DNA from: Dehalococcoidia bacterium
GTDB lineage: Bacteria > Chloroflexota > Dehalococcoidia > UBA2979
DNA length: 64,000 bases
Assembly (NCBI GenBank): GCA_963667465.2
Contig: CAXXDN010000002.1
Location: 1,536,001 to 1,600,000 of the forward strand
Reading direction: 5' to 3'
The notes under the pieces were generated by a model that had not been told where the DNA came from, ran no database searches, and saw only the letters and a list, made by a program, of their open reading frames with translations. Of the stretch, positions 58,171-64,000 are shown piece after piece; position 1 is the first letter of the stretch; each line of letters begins with the position of its first letter. The position numbers were made by a program, and so were the translations under genes.

Positions 58171-59484
58171 GTGCGGCGAAGCACCTGGATCAACACCATC
58201 GGGATGGCCGTCATCATCGTTGCCTCGATGACGCTCGGCGGTCTGCTGGCCGTCAATGTCGCGGGCGACGGCGAGCGCGGAGCGCCGGAGACGAGCGTCG
58301 CCGTCGCGACCGCCACTCTTGCGACCGCCCCAGCGGAGCCGCCCGCCCCCTCGCCAACGGCGCGGCCTGCGCCAACATCCAGCCCAGCGGCCACCTCGAC
58401 CCCGACCGCCGTGACCCCGACCGCCGTGACCCCGACCGCCGTGACCCCGGCCGCGACGGCGACGGCGACCGCGCGGCCCAGCGCGACCCCCGAGGCCACC
58501 CCGACGCCGGCTCTGGCCGGGGAACCGGCGGTGGCGCTCCCCGACCTGCCGGACCTGGTCGATCGGGTGATGCCGTCGATCGTGCAGATCCGCGTGGGCG
58601 CAGCAGGCACGGGGAGCGGGATGGTGATCGACCGCGACGGGCACATCCTCACGAACCGCCACGTGATCGAGAACGCCACGAGCATCGTCGTCGAATTGCC
58701 CGACGGCACGACGGCGACGGCGGAAGTGATGGGGTCCGACGCCGGGAACGACCTGGCGGTGATCCGCGCCGAGCTGCCCGCCGAATCGCTCACTCCCGCC
58801 ACGTTCGGGGACTCCGGCACGGTCCGCGTCGGCGAGCCGGTCTTCGCCATCGGCAACCCCTTCGGGCTCGGCTTCACCGTGACGTCCGGCATCATCAGCG
58901 GCCTGGGGCGGGAGTCCGACGGCGAACCGGGCGGGCACCGCATCCGCGGCGTGCTGCAGACCGACGCCGCCGTGAACCCCGGCAACTCGGGCGGTCCGCT
59001 CTTCAACGCCGACGGCGAGGTGATCGGCATCAACACAGCGCTCGAGAACCCCTCCGGCCAGCGTGTATTCGTGGGCGTCGGCTACGCGGTGCCCTCGAAC
59101 ACGGCGCGGCGCTTCATCCCCGCACTGATCGCGGGCGAGGAGATCGAGCACCCGCAGCTCGGCATCGCAGGCATCGGGCTGGACGTGATCAGCGCCGGGG
59201 ACGCCGGTGTCGACAATGAGCGAGGCGTCTACGTCACCCACGTCGTGCCGGACAGCGCCGCCGCCGCCGCCGGCCTGGTCGCCGCCTCGACCCCGGATGG
59301 CTCCGGCCTCGACCGTGGCGGCGACGTGATCACCGCGATCGACGGCGTCGCGGTGAACGACGTCCAGGAGCTCGCCCGGATCATCGACAGCCACGACGTG
59401 GGCGACACGGTCACGCTGACCGTGGTCCGCGACGGACAGCCGATCACCGTGGAGGCGACACTGCGCGCCTGGATCACCAGCTGA
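58171..59484 (+). CDS. HtrA/DegP-like serine protease with PDZ domain
   Basis: TNRHV, DLAV, QTDAAVNPGNSGGPL, GDVITAIDG. Confidence 0.95.
   Translation: MRRSTWINTIGMAVIIVASMTLGGLLAVNVAGDGERGAPETSVAVATATLATAPAEPPAPSPTARPAPTSSPAATSTPTAVTPTAVTPTAVTPAATATATARPSATPEATPTPALAGEPAVALPDLPDLVDRVMPSIVQIRVGAAGTGSGMVIDRDGHILTNRHVIENATSIVVELPDGTTATAEVMGSDAGNDLAVIRAELPAESLTPATFGDSGTVRVGEPVFAIGNPFGLGFTVTSGIISGLGRESDGEPGGHRIRGVLQTDAAVNPGNSGGPLFNADGEVIGINTALENPSGQRVFVGVGYAVPSNTARRFIPALIAGEEIEHPQLGIAGIGLDVISAGDAGVDNERGVYVTHVVPDSAAAAAGLVAASTPDGSGLDRGGDVITAIDGVAVNDVQELARIIDSHDVGDTVTLTVVRDGQPITVEATLRAWITS
58399..58449 (+). repeat. 15-bp tandem repeat x3 (ACCCCGACCGCCGTG, TPTAV) in HtrA linker
   Basis: Read directly. 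Confidence 0.9.
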
Positions 59485-59503
59485 GCTGACGCCCTCGAGG
59501 GAC

Positions 59504-60058
59504 TCAGGACGCGGGCGGCAGCGGCAGCGGGCGTCCGGCGACCAGCAGCCAGGCGCGATCGGCGGCGGCGGCGACGCGCTGGTTCACGCGGCCCAGCAGA
59601 TCGCGGTAGTGGCGGCCAAGCGGGTACGCCGGCACCAGGCCCGCGCCGACCTCGTTCGTCACCACGATCGTCTCGCCCTCACGCGCGCGTGCGGTGGCGA
59701 TCAGCCGCTCGGCCTCGCCGTCCAGTTCGGCGTCGAGGGCGGCGACCGCCTCGAGGGTCGGCGCCTCGCCGAGCTCGAGCAGGCGGTTGCTCACCCACAG
59801 CGAGAGGCAGTCGAGCAGCACGCACGCAGCGCCGTCCGCCTCCGCGAGGGCGCCCACCGGGTCACGCGGCGCCTCGAGCGTGCGGGCGGCGGCCGGCCGG
59901 TCGCGGCGGTGCGCCTCGATCCGGGCGGCCAGCTCCTCGTCGCTCGCGACCATGGTCACGAGGTAGACGAGCGGGTGGCCGGCGTCGCGTGCCAGCCGTT
60001 CGGCGAAGCGGCTCTTGCCGGAGCGTGCGCCCCCGGTGACGAAGCTGATCTCACCCAT
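59504..60058 (-). CDS. cobU: Adenosylcobinamide kinase/phosphate guanylyltransferase
   Basis: TGGARSGKSRFAE, LDCLSLWVSN, TNEVGAG. Confidence 0.95.
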   Translation of the reverse strand: MGEISFVTGGARSGKSRFAERLARDAGHPLVYLVTMVASDEELAARIEAHRRDRPAAARTLEAPRDPVGALAEADGAACVLLDCLSLWVSNRLLELGEAPTLEAVAALDAELDGEAERLIATARAREGETIVVTNEVGAGLVPAYPLGRHYRDLLGRVNQRVAAAADRAWLLVAGRPLPLPPAS

Positions 60059-60084
60059 GCTGGACGTCCGAGAGCGCAGCTCGG

Positions 60085-60882
60085 CTAGGTAAAGAGGAGC
60101 TGCTCGAGCCAGCCCTCGGACGAGGCGGCCACGAGCGCGATCAGCGTCGTCGCCTGGGCGATCTCGATTGCCGCGCCGTGCGTGTCGCCCGTCACGCCGT
60201 GGAGCATCCTCGCGGCGGCAGCGGAGAGGATCAGCGCGCCCGCGAATGCAACGAGCGGCAGGACCAGCCCTCCCGCGCCGAACAGCGCGAACGCGGCGGC
60301 GAAGGCGATTGCGGCGGAGAGCGGGGCCGCCAGCGGCCAGGCGCCCTGCCGCAGCGCGTAGCCCAGCCCTCGAGGCCGCGCCGGCGGGAACAGCACGACG
60401 ATCGGCGCCACGGACCAGCGCGCCAGCGCCGGCGCGAGCACCAGCCCGGCGGTGCGAATCTCGCCATCGAGGGCAGCGAGCGCGGACCACTGCACGATCA
60501 GCACGATCACCAGCGCCATCACGCCCGCGGGGCCCACGTTGCCGGCGCTCATCACGCCGAGGCGCTGCGCACGATCGCCTTGCAGCGCCATGCCGTCGGC
60601 GGTGTCGGCGACGCCGTCGAGGTGCAGACCAGCGCTGATCACCGCGAGGAAGGCGATCAGTACCGCCGAGACGACGCCCACCGGCAGCAGCTCGCCGAGC
60701 AGTGAATCGATCAGGGCCAGGCACAGGCCGATCAGCAGTCCGATCGCCGGATACCAGCCGAGCGCCCGTCCGAAGCTGCGGTCGTCCCAGGTCCGCACGG
60801 CGCGCAGCCGCAGCGGCGTGATGAACTCGAGGGCGATCAAAAGCGCAGCGAGTTGCGCACGCAGTTCCGCGAAGGCGCCCAT
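60085..60882 (-). CDS. cobS: Adenosylcobinamide-GDP ribazoletransferase
   Basis: GLHLDGVADTADG, GVTGDTHGA. Confidence 0.93.
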   Translation of the reverse strand: MGAFAELRAQLAALLIALEFITPLRLRAVRTWDDRSFGRALGWYPAIGLLIGLCLALIDSLLGELLPVGVVSAVLIAFLAVISAGLHLDGVADTADGMALQGDRAQRLGVMSAGNVGPAGVMALVIVLIVQWSALAALDGEIRTAGLVLAPALARWSVAPIVVLFPPARPRGLGYALRQGAWPLAAPLSAAIAFAAAFALFGAGGLVLPLVAFAGALILSAAAARMLHGVTGDTHGAAIEIAQATTLIALVAASSEGWLEQLLFT

Positions 60883-60925
60883 CAATCCCTCCTGACCTGC
60901 CCGGCTCCTGACCCTACCCGGCTCC

Positions 60926-62047
60926 TCAGCCGCGCGGCGGGGTGTCCGATACCCCAGCCTCGCCGAAGGTCGCCATCTCGTCGAGCACGCGGCAGGCGGC
61001 GACGCAGAGCGAGATGCCAAGCGCGGCGCCGCTCCCCTCACCAAGCCGCAGCCCGAGGTCCAGCAGCGGCTCGGCCTCGAGCGCCTCCAGCACCACCGCG
61101 TGTCCGGGCTCGGGCGAGCGGTGCGAGGCGACGATGTAGTCTCGCACCCCCGGCGCGATCACGGCAGCGACCAGCGCGGCGGCGCCCGAGATCAGGCCGT
61201 CCATCAGCGCGGGGATCCGCGCCGCCGCCGCGCCGAGGTAGACCCCGGCCAGCACGCCGATCTCGTGCCCGCCGAGCGCCGCGAGCAGCGCCACGCCGTC
61301 CGCGCGGTCCGGGCGATTCGCGGCGAGCGCGGCCTCGACGGCCGCGATCTTCGCCCGCAGCGCCGCGCCCTTGACGCCGCTGCCACGCCCGGTCACGGAG
61401 TCGGGAGGCCGTTCGGTCGCGGCCGCGATCAACGCGGCGGCGGCGGTGCTGTTGCCGATGCCCATCTCGCCGCAGCCGACGATGTCGAGCCCCGGCCCCG
61501 CGCACTCCTCCTCGACCAGTGCGATACCGGCGGCAATCGCTCGCTCGGCGGTCTCCCTGCTCATCGCCGGGCCCTCAGTGATGTCGCCGCTGCCGCGCGG
61601 CAGGTCGAGGCACGCGAGCGCCGGGCTGCCGGACCGCTCACGCTCTCCGGCCTCCCTCTCGCCCTCGACCGCGCGCAACACGCCGGCATCGACAATGCGC
61701 ACGTGCGCCCCGGCGTGATCGGCGAGCACGTTGATCGCCGCGCCCCCCGCGAGGAAGTTCGCGACCATCTGCGCCGTCACCTCGGGCGGATAGGCGGAGA
61801 CGCCTCGGGCGGCAACCCCGTGGTCGGCGGCCGCCACCACTACGAGCCGCTGATCGAGCCGCGGGCGTGCGCAGCCGCGCATCCCGGCGATGCGCACTGC
61901 GAGCTCCTCGAGGCGTCCGAGCGCGCCCGGCGGCTTCGTGAGGCGGTCCTGGCGGGCGCGCGCCTCGGCCGCAGCCCGGGCAGCGGGGGGCGCGATCGCG
62001 GCGGCGGCGGCGGCGATCGCGGCGGCGGGGTCGGATCGAGACGGCAT
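60926..62047 (-). CDS. cobT: Nicotinate-nucleotide-dimethylbenzimidazole phosphoribosyltransferase
   Basis: LTKPPGALGRLE, ADHGV, GEMGIGNST, RLGEGSGA, MATFGEA. Confidence 0.95.
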   Translation of the reverse strand: MPSRSDPAAAIAAAAAAIAPPAARAAAEARARQDRLTKPPGALGRLEELAVRIAGMRGCARPRLDQRLVVVAAADHGVAARGVSAYPPEVTAQMVANFLAGGAAINVLADHAGAHVRIVDAGVLRAVEGEREAGERERSGSPALACLDLPRGSGDITEGPAMSRETAERAIAAGIALVEEECAGPGLDIVGCGEMGIGNSTAAAALIAAATERPPDSVTGRGSGVKGAALRAKIAAVEAALAANRPDRADGVALLAALGGHEIGVLAGVYLGAAAARIPALMDGLISGAAALVAAVIAPGVRDYIVASHRSPEPGHAVVLEALEAEPLLDLGLRLGEGSGAALGISLCVAACRVLDEMATFGEAGVSDTPPRG

Positions 62048-62149
62048 TGGCGCTCCAGGGCGCACGCCAGCCGGGGGCGTCCGGCGGTCCGGCGCAGTAT
62101 GCCGTCCGGGCCTCGTAGAGGGCTATCGCGTTCGATTATGGCGACCAAC

Positions 62150-62232
62150 TTGTGCGAAATCGCACGATTTCGGCGGATCATCCCGGAATTCGATTGTGAA
62201 ATACTTGACAAACGAGGATCGGGCCCTATGAT
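62150..62232 (+). promoter_or_regulatory. Sigma70 promoter with two Rex-like operators
   Basis: TTGTGCGAAATCGCACGA (62150-67); TTGTGAAATACTTGACAA (62194-211) overlapping -35 TTGACA (62205); -10 TATGAT (62227). Confidence 0.75.
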
Positions 62233-62295
62233 CCGCCCGTCACAAGCCAAGACAAATGGCTTGTGACGGGGCGCATTGGCACTCAGCCGCCACGT

Positions 62296-62431
62296 GCCCT
62301 GCCGAATTCCCGCAGCTGCGGGGACCGGGGGAACCACCCACTGGGGTTAACCCTCAGCACGGAGCCTACTCCTTGCGAGGGCGGGTCAGCTGGATCGACC
62401 CGAACCCGTCAGCTAACCCCGGAGGCAAGGC
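62296..62431 (+). ncRNA. c-di-AMP riboswitch (ydaO/yuaA class)
   Basis: GCCGAAT...CGGGGGAACC...GGGGTTAA...CCCGAACCCGTCAGCTAACCCCGGAGGC; closing stem GCCCTGCC/GGCAAGGC. Confidence 0.88.
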
Positions 62432-62513
62432 GATCCAGTCTCGGCCGGAGGGATTCCGGCAAGCGCCCGCCGTTGCATCGCACGCAGCGCCGGGTCGAGG
62501 CAGGGGCTGGACC

Positions 62514-62726
62514 ATGATCACGACTGCGCCTCCCAAGCAGTGCCCTCGCTGCAGCGGCCTGATGATCACCGAGGACGACTGGTACGGGAAGTTCGCAAGC
62601 TGCATCGCTTGCGGCCACGTCCACGAGACCGAGGTTGCCGATCCTCAGGAGCTGCTCGAAGAGGAGCGGCTGGCCGCGGGCAAGCAGCGCCGCCGGCAGC
62701 CGTCCCACGGCAAGCTGCGCCTGTAG
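62514..62726 (+). CDS. 70-aa zinc-ribbon protein with basic tail
   Basis: CPRC...CIACG; GKQRRRQPSHGKLRL. Confidence 0.8.
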   Translation: MITTAPPKQCPRCSGLMITEDDWYGKFASCIACGHVHETEVADPQELLEEERLAAGKQRRRQPSHGKLRL

Positions 62727-62801
62727 GCACTCCGAGGACCCAGCGCCTCACGCACTCTCACCGGCTCCACGCGGGCCGGTGAGCCGTCGTGTCGTTCGCG
62801 G

Positions 62802-64000
62802 CTAGCGGGCCGCCACCTGGCCGTGGTGCAGCAGCCAATACTCGTACGAGTCCTGCAGCGCCAGCCATGACGCCTCGACCACGTCCGTGGAGGCGCCAAC
62901 GGTGCGCCAGAGGCGCACGCCGTCGGTAGACTCGATGAGCACGCGCACGGCGGCGTCCGCGCCGCCGTCGGGGTTGATGATCCGCACCTTGTAGTCCACG
63001 AGGTGCACGCGCTCAAGGTCCGGGAAGGACTCCAGCAGCGCGCGCCGGACCGCGGCATCGAGGGCCGAGACGGGCCCGTTGCCGTCGGCGGCGGTCTGGC
63101 TCAGCGTCTCCCCGACCTGCACCTTCACCATCGCCTCGGCCAGCATCTCGTTCTCGCCCTCGCCGCGCTCGTGGTGGCGGCGCTCGACGACAAGGAAGTC
63201 CTCGAGGCTGAAGGGCGCCCGGTAGCCGCCGATCGCGCGGCGCACCAGCAGCTCGAAGGAGGCCTCGGCGGACTCGTACTGGAAGCCCTTCGCCTCCTGC
63301 TCCTTCACCTGCTCGGCGAGATCGCGCGCCTGCGCGTCGCTCAGCTCGATGTCGACGCTGTCCTCGGCCAGCTTGGCGACGATGTTGCGCCGTCCCGACA
63401 GCTCGGAGACGAGCACGCGCTCGATGTTGCCGACCGCTCCGGGATCGACGTGCGTGTAGGACCCGGCGGACTTGGTGATCGCCGCGACGTGCAGCCCCGC
63501 CTTGTGCGCGAACGCGCTGGTCCCGACGTAAGGCTGCTGCGGGTTCGGCGCCAGGTTCGCCAGATCCGAGGCGAAGTGCGCGAGGTCCGTCAGCCGTTCG
63601 AGCTGCTCGTCGCTGACCACGTCGAGGCCGAGCTTGAGCTTGAGGTTGGCGATCACGGAGATGATGTTCGCGTTGCCGCAGCGCTCGCCCCAGCCGTTGA
63701 GGCAAGCCTGCACCTGCGTCGCGCCCGCCTGCACGGCGAGCAGCGTGTTCGCCACCGCGAGGTCGGCGTCGTTATGCACGTGAATGCCGATCGCGCAGTC
63801 GACCGCGCGCAGCGCCTCGCCGACGCCCGCGACGACCGCGCCGGGCATCGAACCACCGTTGGTGTCGCAGAGCGTGACGGTGCCGGCGCCCGCGCCGGCA
63901 GCCGCGCGCAGCGTGGCGATCGCGTAGCGCGGATCGTCGGCGTAGCCGTCGAAGAAATGCTCGGCGTCGAAGACCACCTCGCGGCCCTGCTCGACGAGCA
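62802..64000 (-). CDS. cimA: Citramalate synthase, 3' part (runs off window end)
   Basis: FDAEHFFDGY, LCDTNGG, GERCGNAN, AFAHKAGLH, GNGPVSALD. Confidence 0.92.
   Translation of the reverse strand, partial: LVEQGREVVFDAEHFFDGYADDPRYAIATLRAAAGAGAGTVTLCDTNGGSMPGAVVAGVGEALRAVDCAIGIHVHNDADLAVANTLLAVQAGATQVQACLNGWGERCGNANIISVIANLKLKLGLDVVSDEQLERLTDLAHFASDLANLAPNPQQPYVGTSAFAHKAGLHVAAITKSAGSYTHVDPGAVGNIERVLVSELSGRRNIVAKLAEDSVDIELSDAQARDLAEQVKEQEAKGFQYESAEASFELLVRRAIGGYRAPFSLEDFLVVERRHHERGEGENEMLAEAMVKVQVGETLSQTAADGNGPVSALDAAVRRALLESFPDLERVHLVDYKVRIINPDGGADAAVRVLIESTDGVRLWRTVGASTDVVEASWLALQDSYEYWLLHHGQVAAR

Noticed and set aside
62066-62150. Cobalamin riboswitch upstream of cobT
   Set aside because: No B12-box recognisable on the minus strand; the structured RNA present is on the plus strand and fits the c-di-AMP class

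Overview
High-GC bacterial chromosomal window. Gene content (F420 genes, MaoC/CaiB/flavin monooxygenase paralogs, tRNA-Sec, Gram-positive-type LexA boxes) suggests Chloroflexota, class Dehalococcoidia; this is inference. It is mostly housekeeping: atpI-B-E-F-H-A(partial), pyrF, murI, a MoxR triad, beta-oxidation-like genes, mgtE, lexA, holA, cofE/npdG, ABC transporters, sppA, htrA, cobTSU and partial cimA, plus tRNA-Sec and tRNA-His. Most notable: (1) an IS110 element whose left non-coding end contains a readable bridge-type guide RNA, with one loop matching its own ends and one loop matching the REP-like hairpin it has inserted into; an IS5 element sits 9 bp away in the same hairpin. (2) A 70-aa Zn-ribbon gene behind a sigma70 promoter, two Rex-like boxes, a 14-bp hairpin and a c-di-AMP riboswitch. 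(3) A LexA-boxed DUF5131-tcmP pair. (4) A head-to-head hicB/hicA pair. (5) An MshC-like CysRS paralog. All calls are by eye from the sequence; no database searches were run.
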